Below are positions 50,264-60,306 of a stretch of DNA of 64,000 nt, piece after piece; the first letter of the stretch is position 1, and each line of letters starts with the position of its first letter. A program made the translations under genes and the position numbers. The notes below the pieces were generated by a model that saw only the letters and a list, made by a program, of their open reading frames with translations, made no database searches and was not told the DNA's origin. Source of the DNA: Nitrospinaceae bacterium (GTDB lineage Bacteria; Nitrospinota; Nitrospinia; Nitrospinales; Nitrospinaceae); contig OZ250172.1 of the NCBI GenBank assembly GCA_965237905.1, forward strand, positions 1,504,001-1,568,000. Direction: 5' to 3'.

Positions 50264-50750
50264 CAAACAATCCTTTCTTGACCAACAGCGTGTAAGGCAC
50301 CTTCTCATCCTTTATTTTTTTGAGGGCGGTGGTCAATAGCTGATCCGAATTATTCTCATCCAGCACCGCGTACTCCATACCTGACGTCTCAAGCAACGGC
50401 TCGTTGATGTCGCCCATGATGATATGCTCGGGCGCGTCTTTGCCGCCGCACCCCCGCCAGCTCATGATGACCAGCACGGGAATTTTGTAGATGAGATTAA
50501 GGGAGGTGAAGGCGTTGAGGCTGTAACCGAATCCCGAATTTTGCATCAGCAAAACCGGTTGCTTGCCGCCCATGTAGGCCCCTGCGCACAGCCCCACTCC
50601 TGCGTCCTCACGCACGGAAGGGATATACCCAACTTCCCGATCGGCTTCAAGTTCAGCGATCAGGCCGGACAACAACGAACAAGGTACTCCGGTGAAGAAA
50701 TCAAAACCGTTTCCCCGTAATTTGTCGACAAAAATTTTAGATGAAAGCAT
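50250..50750 (-). CDS. comD: Sulfopyruvate/phosphonopyruvate decarboxylase, alpha subunit-like
   Basis: FFTGVPCS, REDAGVGLCAG, MQNSG, SWRG..DAPEH. Confidence 0.7.
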   Translation of the reverse strand: MLSSKIFVDKLRGNGFDFFTGVPCSLLSGLIAELEADREVGYIPSVREDAGVGLCAGAYMGGKQPVLLMQNSGFGYSLNAFTSLNLIYKIPVLVIMSWRGCGGKDAPEHIIMGDINEPLLETSGMEYAVLDENNSDQLLTTALKKIKDEKVPYTLLVKKGLFDERH

Positions 50751-50821
50751 CCGAATAAGAAAAGTGAGGTGTGGAGCCGACGCGCCGTCCTACCCAGCCG
50801 CCGGGACTCGACAGCGGCCCG

Positions 50822-51760
50822 TTACCATTTATCGACCAAACGTTCGCCGCCGAAAGTCGTCTGCAGTTTGTGAACCAGCTTGATATATTCCGTAATCCCA
50901 TCTTTTCCCTGAAACTCCACTCCCAAGTCTTTGGCTGCCTGATTGGACATCGGCACACCCTCTTCCCCTTTGACCCCTTCGATTTCGCCGAAGGAATCGA
51001 TGAGGTCGATGATCATCTGCCCGAGATCCAGATTGTGAATATGGCCGTCGATCAAATGATAAATCTTACCGGCGCAATCCGGGTTGCCGATCACTTTTCC
51101 CAGTGCCTGTGTCACCGAATCGACCGAAACGTACTTGGTGCTTCCCTTGAGGTCGACATTGTAATTGGTCGCCAGGTAGTCGATGGTGTTGAACCATTCG
51201 GACTTGTCAATTTGCGGCTTCACGCCGTAGATGGTCACCGGACGCAGAATCGTCACGTTGAAAGCGCGGCTCCGTTGGTAAAAGGAACAGAACGATTCGA
51301 TCGACGACTTGATGGAACCGTACAAACTTCCCGGCATCACCGGATGCGTTTCGTCGAGCGGGTGTTCGGCGTCGACGGTCGGCAGGATCTGGCCGAACAC
51401 GGTGCAGGCGCTCATGAATACCACCTGTTGGACCCGCGCCTTGCGCGCCGCTTCCAGGAGGTCGAATGTGCCGTTCACGTTGACTTTGACCAACTCATCC
51501 GCGGTTTGCACGGGACCGGGATAATGCGCCAGGTGAACCAGCACATCCATGCCGTCCACCAACTTGGCCAGCGATTCCTTGTCCTCCAGCCCGCCAATGA
51601 CATAATCCACATCCTCGAAGGCCTTCAGGTGATCGACCACGCTACCTTCGCGGATCAAAGCCCGAACACTGGGCTTTCCCCCTTCTCTATTTTCTTCGCA
51701 CAGCTTCTTGATCAAATGGGATCCGACCATGCCGGTGATCCCGGTGATTGCCACGTTCAT
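50822..51760 (-). CDS. NAD-dependent epimerase/dehydratase (extended SDR)
   Basis: TGITGMVG, VHLA, NVNGT, YGSIK, LRP..IYG. Confidence 0.9.
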   Translation of the reverse strand: MNVAITGITGMVGSHLIKKLCEENREGGKPSVRALIREGSVVDHLKAFEDVDYVIGGLEDKESLAKLVDGMDVLVHLAHYPGPVQTADELVKVNVNGTFDLLEAARKARVQQVVFMSACTVFGQILPTVDAEHPLDETHPVMPGSLYGSIKSSIESFCSFYQRSRAFNVTILRPVTIYGVKPQIDKSEWFNTIDYLATNYNVDLKGSTKYVSVDSVTQALGKVIGNPDCAGKIYHLIDGHIHNLDLGQMIIDLIDSFGEIEGVKGEEGVPMSNQAAKDLGVEFQGKDGITEYIKLVHKLQTTFGGERLVDKW

Positions 51761-51968
51761 TCAAACCTCCAAATACTTTATTATCAAGCAGTTAGTTCTG
51801 CATTGATGAAAGTTTCCAATTCATAAAAATTTCCGGCCGAACGAACCTCCACACGTGGGAGCATACCTGCAGGCCGGACTGATACACCTAAATTGAATGG
51901 GTCAATTATGATTGCAGGCATTGGGGAAGTCAACCGGATTTCCCCTCCAAACAGGGGGAATTCGCCAG

Positions 51969-54602
51969 TTACGGGGTAGGGGTTTGAACCGCCGCCTGCG
52001 CGGCGGAAAGCAGGGCGGTGGGCACACGGTACGGGGAGCAACTCACATAATCCAACCCCAGTTGATGAAAAAATTCGATGGACGCCGGATCGCCGCCATG
52101 CTCCCCACAGATACCGAGGTGGAGCTTTTTGTTAGCGGCGCGTCCTTTCTCAATCGCCATCGCCACCAACGCCCCCACACCTTTCTGATCGACGCTGACG
52201 AACGGGTCTTCCATCAAGATGCCGTTTTCCAGATAGTGGGAAAGAAACACGCCCGCGTCATCCCGGCTCAGGCCCAATGCAGTCTGGGTCAGATCGTTGG
52301 TGCCGAATGAAAAGAAATCGGCTTCCCGCGCGATTTCATCGGCGGTGATGGCGGCGCGCGGTAGTTCGATCATGGTGCCGACCTTGTAATCCAGTTTCAC
52401 ACCCGATTTGCTGATCACTTCTTCAGCGACCGCGTCAATGCGTTCCCGGACAATCTTGAATTCATTGACGTGATTCACCAACGGGACCATGATCTCCGGC
52501 AGAACCTTGCTGCCTTTTTTAACCAGTTTGCACGCCGCTTCGACGATGGCCCGCACCTGCATTTCATAAATCTCGGGGAACACAATGCCCAACCGGCACC
52601 CGCGCAGGCCCAGCATCGGGTTCTGCTCTTTCATGGAATTGATTTTCTGGGTCAGTTGGGTGGCGGGAACTCGCATCTGCTTGGCCAGGGTTTTGATTTC
52701 TGCCGGAGTACCGGGCAGAAACTCGTGCAGTGGCGGGTCCAGCAAACGAATGGTCACCGGCAAACCGTCCATCACTTTAAAAATCTGGACAAAGTCGGAC
52801 CGCTGAATCGGCAGGAGCTTTTTGATGGCTTCTTCCCGCATCTTCTTTTTGTCCGCAATAATCATTTTGCGCACCAGCAAAATACGTTCTTCATCGAAGA
52901 ACATGTGCTCAGTGCGGCACAGCCCAATGCCCTGCGCACCGAACTCCCGCGCAACCAGCGCATCGTGCGGCGTATCCGCATTGGCGCGCACGTTGAGCAC
53001 GCGCATCTTGTCCGCCCATCCCATCAACTGCCGGAAATAACTGGTAATGCGCGGCTGGGTCAATGGGATCTGGCCCTGCATCACCTGCCCCGTCGTTCCG
53101 TCGAGGGTGATGGCGTCGTATTCTTTCAGGACGACTCCGTTGAGCGAAGCTCTTTTCTTGCGAAGTTCCACCTGCAATTCGCCCAATCCGGAAACGCAGG
53201 GTTTGCCCATGGAGCGGGCGACCACCGCCGCGTGCGAGGTCATCCCTCCCTTGGCAGTGAGAATTCCCTGCGCCACACTCATGCCATGAATATCCTCCGG
53301 TGAGGTTTCCATCCGCACCAGGATCACACGCTCCTTCTTTTTCGAAAGCTCGATGGCATGCTCCGGTGTAAACACCACTTTGCCGGTGGCCGCTCCCGGT
53401 GATGCGCCCAATCCTTTGCCCAGCACCTCCACCTTGGCATTAGGGTCCACCATCGGATGAAAAATCTGATCCACCTGCGTCGCGGGTACGCGCAGGATGG
53501 CTTCCTGCTTGCTGATCAATCCCTCGTTCACCATATCCACCGCCACCCGGATCGCGGCGGCGGCGGTGCGCTTGCCCGACCGCGTCTGGAGCATGTACAA
53601 CTGGTTCTCCTGTACGGTGAACTCGATGTCCTCCATATCCTTGTAATGGCTTTCCAATTTTTTGTAGACGCCGGTCAGCGCTTCGTATATCTGCGGCATA
53701 TCCTTTTCCAACTGCGCGATGGGGTTCGGTGTGCGGATGCCCGCCACCACGTCCTCGCCCTGCGCGTTGATCATGTACTCGCCGTAAAATTTATTTTCTC
53801 CGGTCGCCGGGTTGCGCGTGAACGCCACGCCTGTTGCCGAGGTCGGACCCATGTTGCCGAACACCATCGACTGCACATTGACCGCAGTGCCCCAGTCGTC
53901 GGGAATCCGGTTCAATCGCCGGTAGGTGATAGCCCGATCCGTGTTCCACGAATTGAATACTGCCTCCACCGACAACTTCAGCTGGTCCATTGGTTTGTCG
54001 GGAAACGGTTTGCCGGTTTTGCGTTTGACCAGGGCCTTGAAATCCTTGATGACCATTTTCAGATCGCCCACGCCCAGCTCGGTGTCGAACTCGACCTTCT
54101 GTTTGGTTTTTCTGCGGTGCAGGATGGCTTCGAAATGTTCGCCCTCGATGCCCAATACCACATTGCCGAACATGGCAATGAACCGGCGATAGCAATCGTA
54201 GGCGAACCGACCGTCGCCGGTTTTTCCGGCCAGGCCGTTCAGTGTGTCGGCATTGAGGCCGAGGTTGAGGACCGTATCCATCATTCCCGGCATGGACGCG
54301 CGGGAACCGGACCGCACAGACACCAGCAGAGGCTCGTCCGTGCCGCCGAACTCCTTACCCATGACTTTTTCGAGGGTTTTCAGGTTGTCCAGCACTTCGT
54401 TCCACAACGACAGCGGGAGTTTTTGCTTTTTTTGGAAGTAATAGGTGCAGGCTTCGGTGGTAATGGTGAAACCGGGGGGGACGTTGATACCGAGATTCGC
54501 CATCTCGGCCAGGTTGGCACCTTTGCCGCCCAGCAACTCGCGCATCTCCGCTTTGCCTTCGGTTTGATCGGCGCCAAAAAAGTAAACGTACTTACTGGTC
54601 AT
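51969..54602 (-). CDS. ppdK: Pyruvate, phosphate dikinase
   Basis: LGGKGANL, SMPGMMDT, GGMTSHAAVVAR, GLCRTEHMF, SFGTNDL, GICGEHGG. Confidence 0.98.
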   Translation of the reverse strand: MTSKYVYFFGADQTEGKAEMRELLGGKGANLAEMANLGINVPPGFTITTEACTYYFQKKQKLPLSLWNEVLDNLKTLEKVMGKEFGGTDEPLLVSVRSGSRASMPGMMDTVLNLGLNADTLNGLAGKTGDGRFAYDCYRRFIAMFGNVVLGIEGEHFEAILHRRKTKQKVEFDTELGVGDLKMVIKDFKALVKRKTGKPFPDKPMDQLKLSVEAVFNSWNTDRAITYRRLNRIPDDWGTAVNVQSMVFGNMGPTSATGVAFTRNPATGENKFYGEYMINAQGEDVVAGIRTPNPIAQLEKDMPQIYEALTGVYKKLESHYKDMEDIEFTVQENQLYMLQTRSGKRTAAAAIRVAVDMVNEGLISKQEAILRVPATQVDQIFHPMVDPNAKVEVLGKGLGASPGAATGKVVFTPEHAIELSKKKERVILVRMETSPEDIHGMSVAQGILTAKGGMTSHAAVVARSMGKPCVSGLGELQVELRKKRASLNGVVLKEYDAITLDGTTGQVMQGQIPLTQPRITSYFRQLMGWADKMRVLNVRANADTPHDALVAREFGAQGIGLCRTEHMFFDEERILLVRKMIIADKKKMREEAIKKLLPIQRSDFVQIFKVMDGLPVTIRLLDPPLHEFLPGTPAEIKTLAKQMRVPATQLTQKINSMKEQNPMLGLRGCRLGIVFPEIYEMQVRAIVEAACKLVKKGSKVLPEIMVPLVNHVNEFKIVRERIDAVAEEVISKSGVKLDYKVGTMIELPRAAITADEIAREADFFSFGTNDLTQTALGLSRDDAGVFLSHYLENGILMEDPFVSVDQKGVGALVAMAIEKGRAANKKLHLGICGEHGGDPASIEFFHQLGLDYVSCSPYRVPTALLSAAQAAVQTPTP

Positions 54603-54697
54603 TTCCAGGTTTCACGGACTCCGTAATAGGAAACGTCTCATCTTTAAAAAGGATCAGCGAATAATAACATTAAAGATGCGGCAACAGGGGAAAGGAA

Positions 54698-56773
54698 TCA
54701 CTTTTTTTCAGTTTTTTTGAGCACGATCTTGGAAAAATCGGCTAACGGAGAAAACAGGTCGGCAATCGACTTGAGCAGGGCCATGCGGTTGGCCTTGAGC
54801 GCAGCATCGTCCACGTTGACCATCACATGGTCGAAGAAATCGTCCACCTCGCCCTTGATCACGGCAATCTTCGCCAATGCGGCGGAATATTCACCCGCCT
54901 GGACGTGCCTCTCTATCGTCGACTTGATCCCGGTAAATCTCCGGAACAGGGCCAGTTCCGATTCCTCTACAAGAAGGTCCTCATTCACCTCGCCCGGCAC
55001 GTCGCCCTCGATGATGCGCACCACGCGCTTGAACGCCGTCGCCAGGTTCTCAAAGTAATCCTGTTTTTTGAGATCGGCCAGGGCCGCGGCTTTTTCCTTG
55101 GTATCTTTCAAGGAAACGATCTCCGTCTCTAGCACGGCATCGATCACGTCATACTCGAATCCCTCGGCGCTCAGCATGGTTTTGAACCGCTGGGCGAACA
55201 GATCCTTGCAATGCTCGCGGATTTCATCCTTTGAAAGCTTGACCTTGTCTCCCAAGGCCCCGATGCCCTGATCGATCAACCACCAGAGCGCAACGCTATA
55301 ATCGTAATGAATCAATATCTGGATGATTCCCAGGGCGTGACGCCGCAACGCGTACGGGTCTTCCGAACCGGACGGGATCAATCCGACACCGATACAGCCG
55401 ACGATGGTGTCCAGCTTGTCCGCCACCGCCACCACGGCACCCGCTTGGGTGGAGGGCACGGCGTCTCCCGCAAAAGCGGGTTGGTAATGTTCTTTAATAG
55501 CCTGCGCCACCTCCGCGCTGTCTCCGGAATGCTCGGCGTAATAACCGCCCATGACGCCCTGCAGTTCCGGGAACTCGAACACCATCTGCGACACCAAGTC
55601 GGCCTTCGACAATAAAGCGGCGCGCTTGGCGGTTGCTTCCGCTTCCGGACAAACCTTCTGCGCAATCGTTCCAGCCAGGGACACGATGCGCATCAGCTTT
55701 TCGTGCGAGGTGCCAAGGTCTTTCTGGAACACCACGCCTTTCAACTCATCGATAAAATCCTCCAGCTTGCGTTTGCGGTCTTCGTCATAAAAGAAGCGGG
55801 CGTCCTCCAGCCGTGCTTTCAGCACACGCTGGTTGCCGCGCGGAATGTCCTGACCCTTCGCCTTCATGTTGCTGATGGTGATGAAATACGGGAGCAGTGT
55901 GTCGCCCTTCCACACTGGAAAATATTTCTGGTGATGCTTCATGGTGATGACCAGCAATTCCTTGGGAAGCTCCAGGTAAGCCTTGTCGAACTCGCCGCGC
56001 ACCGCCACCGGGTACTCCACAAGATGGGTCACCGTGTCGAGCAGGTCGGCGTCCTCCTGCACCTTGCCCCTCACCTGTTTGGCGATAGCTTTGATTTGAT
56101 CCTTGATCGATTGGCGACGCTCCGCCGGGTCGATCATCACCTTGTGTTTCTTGCATTCCCGGAGATAGGTTTTGAAGCTGTCGAATTTGAATTTCTGCGG
56201 CTTGAGGAAACGATGGCCTTGCGAGGTGTTGCCGGCTTTGATGCCTTCAAAATCAAATTTCAGTTTCTTGCCGTCGAACAGTGCGGCAATCCAGTGGATC
56301 GGACGCACAAACGGCAGCTTGCGCGAGGCCCAGCGCATTTTCTTGGGGAAGGTGATGTCGGCCATCCACTGCGGAAGGTATTCATTCAATATGTGGACGG
56401 TTGACTGGCCCTTTTTCTCTACTTTCGCGCAGATCACTTCACCCTTGGCGGTGGTCTCGGTGGTGAGGTCGGCGATGTCCACGCCCTTGCCCTTCGCGAA
56501 ACCGATCGCCGCTTTGGTGGGATTGCCTTCGGCGTCGTACGCCACCTTAACGTTCGGACCCTGGTAGGTTTCGACCACGTCTTTCTGCCGCTTGTCGACA
56601 CCCGGGATATGCACCACCAGACGGCGCGGCGTGCCTATCACCTGCGGCGTGCCCGCAGACACGCGGCCCTTCTCGAAAAACTCCGTGAGCTTGCGCCCCA
56701 TGTCCTCCAACGCTGGTTGAATGTACCCGGCGGGGATTTCCTCGGTTCCTATCTCTATCAGCAGGTCAGGCAT
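54698..56773 (-). CDS. glyS: Glycine--tRNA ligase beta subunit
   Basis: LLIEIGTEEIP, TPRRL, MRW..FVRP, ARLEDARFF, EFPELQG, GSEDPYALRR; start at MPDLL. Confidence 0.97.
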   Translation of the reverse strand: MPDLLIEIGTEEIPAGYIQPALEDMGRKLTEFFEKGRVSAGTPQVIGTPRRLVVHIPGVDKRQKDVVETYQGPNVKVAYDAEGNPTKAAIGFAKGKGVDIADLTTETTAKGEVICAKVEKKGQSTVHILNEYLPQWMADITFPKKMRWASRKLPFVRPIHWIAALFDGKKLKFDFEGIKAGNTSQGHRFLKPQKFKFDSFKTYLRECKKHKVMIDPAERRQSIKDQIKAIAKQVRGKVQEDADLLDTVTHLVEYPVAVRGEFDKAYLELPKELLVITMKHHQKYFPVWKGDTLLPYFITISNMKAKGQDIPRGNQRVLKARLEDARFFYDEDRKRKLEDFIDELKGVVFQKDLGTSHEKLMRIVSLAGTIAQKVCPEAEATAKRAALLSKADLVSQMVFEFPELQGVMGGYYAEHSGDSAEVAQAIKEHYQPAFAGDAVPSTQAGAVVAVADKLDTIVGCIGVGLIPSGSEDPYALRRHALGIIQILIHYDYSVALWWLIDQGIGALGDKVKLSKDEIREHCKDLFAQRFKTMLSAEGFEYDVIDAVLETEIVSLKDTKEKAAALADLKKQDYFENLATAFKRVVRIIEGDVPGEVNEDLLVEESELALFRRFTGIKSTIERHVQAGEYSAALAKIAVIKGEVDDFFDHVMVNVDDAALKANRMALLKSIADLFSPLADFSKIVLKKTEKK

Positions 56774-56936
56774 GAACTCTCCAAAAACAAAGCGCTTATG
56801 AGCCGGGTATTTATCAGACAAACGGGGTAAAGTCAACGGCGAGCCGCCGACCGCGCCGCGCGGGGCGAACTGAAAAGCGTATAGACCGAGGAAAGAATCT
56901 GGATTTTGTGCTTCCCGATCGATGAGTTTGCCAAGT

Positions 56937-56982
56937 AAAAAAGGCGCCTCCTGCTTCCCTTAAATGGGAGCAGGGGACGCCT
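56937..56982 (-). terminator. Intrinsic terminator after the OMP pair
   Basis: AGGCGTCCCCTGCTCCC..GGGAAGCAGGAGGCGCCT followed by a T-tract on the minus strand. Confidence 0.8.
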
Positions 56983-57007
56983 ATCAGGATGCTAAACAAT
57001 TATCTAA

Positions 57008-57670
57008 TTAAAACGCAACCCGAACACCAATATTAAATGAATGGTTGCTATATTCTGATTCTATATCGGACAACCCAGGAATAAAGGCGGGTCCACTTGG
57101 AAACTCTGGGTCAGATGTGGCGAAATAACGATAATCTACAGTAAGAGTGGTCGTCGGATTGATGTTATATCCAACACCGGCCATAAACTGATAAGCAAAA
57201 ACGATGTCACTGTCATCGATTAGTGCTAGAGAGGATATGGTTGGCGCGGTAATATCTGCAGTAACATTAGCAAATCCCACTCCCAATCCTAAATAAGGCA
57301 CCAAAGGGGAGCTTGCCATATGAAAATCATAGTATCCATTTGCCATAAAGCTGAGAGCTGATACGTCTCCATCAACAGGACCGCAGCAAACCCCAAAAAT
57401 CGCTCCCTCATCCGTATCATTTGAGCGATAGGCAATCTCGCCTTCAGCTCTGAAGGACCCAAAATCATATCCTAAAGCACCCCCGACTCTAAAGCCAGGG
57501 TCATAAGTTACTTCGCCAGTGAAAGCGAATGCACCAGGCCTATTTATATCACTATCCGAAAGTAGGCTTACACCAAGATTGCCTGAGAAATACATCTTGC
57601 CATTCGCCGCCTGCGCCGACGTGGCCATAAACACCGCCGCGAAAATCATGGTTATCAAAAAACGTTTCAT
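57008..57670 (-). CDS. Outer-membrane beta-barrel protein (8-stranded, opacity/OmpA-TM-like), paralogue 1
   Basis: Signal peptide, MANGYYDF, PYLGLGVG, AYQFMAGVGY, YRY, C-terminal Phe. Confidence 0.88.
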   Translation of the reverse strand: MKRFLITMIFAAVFMATSAQAANGKMYFSGNLGVSLLSDSDINRPGAFAFTGEVTYDPGFRVGGALGYDFGSFRAEGEIAYRSNDTDEGAIFGVCCGPVDGDVSALSFMANGYYDFHMASSPLVPYLGLGVGFANVTADITAPTISSLALIDDSDIVFAYQFMAGVGYNINPTTTLTVDYRYFATSDPEFPSGPAFIPGLSDIESEYSNHSFNIGVRVAF

Positions 57671-57762
57671 TACTCTCTCCTTATTGGGACCCCCCGTTGA
57701 ACATTGGCATATGCCGTTGGGACAATCGATCCCCCTCTGTAACTTGACAAATTTTTATTACG

Positions 57763-58344
57763 TTAAAACATATACCGCGCGCCTACTGTAAATTCGTGGA
57801 AATCAACCGCACCTGAATCAGCGATCCCCAAAAAGCGATACCCGCCGGTCAGAATAATATTGGGAGCGATCTCATATCCTGCACCCACCATAAACTGGTA
57901 AGCAATATCGGTTTCACTGCCACCCACAGTACCGAAGAAGGGAATGACGAATTCAATGTCAGTATTTGCGAGCCCCAATCCAAAGCCGACATAAGGCGTT
58001 AACGGGGAATTTATTTCAAAATCGTAATAACCGTTGGCCATGAACGTTAAAGTTGAAACTTCGCCATCAATAGGAGCGAAAAATCCAAAACCCGTCGCGG
58101 AATCCATTTCAACCCGGCGGTAGCCAATTTCACCTTCGACCCGGATCTGACCTATGTCATATCCCACGGCGCCGGTAATATTAAATCCGGGATCAAAACT
58201 GATGCTACTGCCAAAATCGTCAGAGTCTGACGCAATCGTTAATCCCAGATTACCCGCGAAATACAATTTGCCCTTCGGCGCCGCCTGCGCTGAAGTGGCC
58301 ATAAACACCGCCGCAACTACCATGGTTATCAAAAAACGTTTCAT
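57763..58344 (-). CDS. Outer-membrane beta-barrel protein, paralogue 2
   Basis: Signal peptide, MANGYYDF, PYVGFGLG, AYQFMVGAGY, C-terminal YMF. Confidence 0.88.
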   Translation of the reverse strand: MKRFLITMVVAAVFMATSAQAAPKGKLYFAGNLGLTIASDSDDFGSSISFDPGFNITGAVGYDIGQIRVEGEIGYRRVEMDSATGFGFFAPIDGEVSTLTFMANGYYDFEINSPLTPYVGFGLGLANTDIEFVIPFFGTVGGSETDIAYQFMVGAGYEIAPNIILTGGYRFLGIADSGAVDFHEFTVGARYMF

Positions 58345-58499
58345 TACTCTCTCCCTCCGCATAAATGGTTTCCCACTGTTTCAAAAAGAAACATACCCTT
58401 TAAATAGTGGGCTCCCCCGCAACTCATTGACTTACAAATAGTGTAAAGCTATTGGAAATGAAATCAATACTCTGATTAGGGTGATTTCTGGCTGCCGCA

Positions 58500-58590
58500 G
58501 ACCGCTCCGAGCGGGGTGAACCAAAAAACTCATGGACCACAGATCCCTGTCCTGAGCTTGTCGAAGGGAACACAGATAGACACTGATGAA
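58500..58590 (+). repeat. Repeat mosaic: family D 20-mer, then a family C unit (CTGAGCTTGTCGAAGGG) embedded in CACAGAT short repeats
   Basis: GACCGCTCCGAGCGGGGTGA (also 56849-56868 and, inverted, 28961-28980); CCACAGAT-ccctgtcctgagcttgtcgaaggg-AACACAGAT-AGACACTGAT. Confidence 0.65.
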
Positions 58591-58715
58591 ACCCGGAACA
58601 GGGAGGAGGAACACGAAACAAGGAAAAAATTTGCTCCGGGCCTTGCCCGGCGGCTTGTGGAATGGGCTGGCCTTTGATAGCTTGATACGATTCAACTCAA
58701 ATTAAAGGTGGGGCC

Positions 58716-58997
58716 ATGCTGACGGATGAAGAAGCGTTTGAACAATACGGCGACGAGCCCCTCTACTTCTCGCATTACTACAACTTCGTGTTCATCTACA
58801 AGAGCCAGGAACTGGACAACGGCGACCGCATCTATCTGCAACTGGGCGGGACCATGGAACAGGTGTCGGCGATGACGGTGGACGTCGCAGAGCACCTCAC
58901 CCTCAACGACGACGCCGACCGCGAATTCGCCTATATCAAAAACGCCGCGAACCAGGTCATCTGGAAACACGGCCAGCGTGACGCTGGACCCAAATAG
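58716..58997 (+). CDS. Small acidic hypothetical protein
   Basis: 93-aa ORF with host-like GC3 bias and RBS-like AAGGTGG. Confidence 0.7.
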   Translation: MLTDEEAFEQYGDEPLYFSHYYNFVFIYKSQELDNGDRIYLQLGGTMEQVSAMTVDVAEHLTLNDDADREFAYIKNAANQVIWKHGQRDAGPK

Positions 58998-58998
58998 T

Positions 58999-59028
58999 CC
59001 CCCCTTCTTGAAGGGGGCAGGGGGATTT
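58999..59028 (-). repeat. REP-like repeat family A, inverted copy
   Basis: CCCCCCTTCTTGAAGGGGGCAGGGGGATTT is the near reverse complement of the 60322 copy. Confidence 0.8.
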
Positions 59029-59171
59029 GGTCCTCTTTTCAATCGGCTTGCGGAATTAGGGTATTTTTGATAAATTTGGGCGATCCAAATCGACGAGCTT
59101 AATACGCATTCTATTTTAAAATTTTCTATACCTTGACCGTTAATAATTTTTTAAAGTTAACGAGGCTATAA

Positions 59172-60140
59172 ATGGCCACACCACGTGTTTTTGTTAGTTC
59201 TACTTGCTACGATCTTCGATATATCAGAGAAAACTTAAAGTTTTTTATACATAACCTAGGTTATGAGCCAATATTGAGCGAAGAAGGTTCGGTATTTTAC
59301 GATCCAAGTCTTAATGTGCAAGATGCATGTCTCGCTGAAGTACCTTCGTGTCAAGTGTTCGTGTTAATAATTGGCGGACGATTCGGCTCAGCTTTCAAAG
59401 ACAGTGAAAAGTCCATTACTAATCACGAATTTATGGAGGCTGTAAAAAACAAAACACCGATATTCGCTTTAGTAGAACAAGCTGTTTATGACCAATTCCT
59501 TGTTTACAAGTCTAATTATTTCAACCAAGATGTTGATCCCTCTAAAGTCATATATCCATCAGTAGATTCAACGCTCATTTTTGACTTTGTTTCTCAAGTG
59601 CAGAATCAAGCTATAAATAATGCGCTAGTGCCTTTCGGGGATTTCGAAGAAATCCAATCTTACCTAAAAAAACAATGGGCAAGCATGTTTAATAAATACC
59701 TAACTGATGATAACGAAACAAACAGAGTCTCAAGCTTGCTCCAAGAAATCAAAAACACCAATGAAAAAATAGAATTTCTCTCAAGGCAAGTGGTCTCAAC
59801 CATCGGCAATCCAATAACACAATTAAGGGTGAAGGTTTATGATTACCTTGTTGGCCAAAATATAGCTCACGATTTAAGCCTTTGGGATATTAAACCAACA
59901 CCCGAAATATTTCTGGAAAATCATTCGCTAGAGGATGTATGTAACCATAACATTGTGTCCGATGTTGACGACGATGAAGGTAGCTATACCTTTACACATG
60001 GCGGCCCCCCATATAAAGCTAGCGATTCCAAAATACAAGATATGAGAAAGAACTTTAAGAGAGTTAGAAAACACCTTATTAAAATCATAGAGGAGGAAGG
60101 TACTTCATTAAAACAATTCATAAGTGGCTCTAAAGAATGA
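59172..60140 (+). CDS. DUF4062 domain protein, AT-rich accessory gene
   Basis: PRVFVSSTCYDL..R, CLAEV..C..FVLIIGGRFGS, SITNHEF.EA..PIF. Confidence 0.88.
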   Translation: MATPRVFVSSTCYDLRYIRENLKFFIHNLGYEPILSEEGSVFYDPSLNVQDACLAEVPSCQVFVLIIGGRFGSAFKDSEKSITNHEFMEAVKNKTPIFALVEQAVYDQFLVYKSNYFNQDVDPSKVIYPSVDSTLIFDFVSQVQNQAINNALVPFGDFEEIQSYLKKQWASMFNKYLTDDNETNRVSSLLQEIKNTNEKIEFLSRQVVSTIGNPITQLRVKVYDYLVGQNIAHDLSLWDIKPTPEIFLENHSLEDVCNHNIVSDVDDDEGSYTFTHGGPPYKASDSKIQDMRKNFKRVRKHLIKIIEEEGTSLKQFISGSKE

Positions 60141-60306
60141 TATGGAAGAGTTAGTTTACTTATCGGCCTTCCGCCTTAATTTTTTGTTAAGCCCAAATCC
60201 TATTTCTCCCCATTATTCTATCCACTTTCTATACCCACCAAAAACCTACCCGGAGTGCGGGTTTTGTTGTAATATGAGGTCCTTCGGATACAATAGTTAA
60301 TTGGTA

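Noticed and set aside
28985..56404. Long antisense ORFs (e.g. 28985-29992, 42306-43334, 48020-49072, 49259-50227, 50771-51826, 53457-54626)
   Set aside because: Shadows of well-conserved GC3-rich genes on the opposite strand; no recognisable motifs
58424..59042. Small minus-strand ORFs containing SSGQG, LRQAQ or PPAPFKKGG peptides
   Set aside because: These peptides are translations of the intergenic repeats or antisense to the 93-aa gene
60141..60195. Possible attC site after the DUF4062 gene (CCTTAATTTTTTGTTAAGC resembles an attC 3' end)
   Set aside because: No matching RYYYAAC inverse core or full palindrome, and no integron integrase nearby
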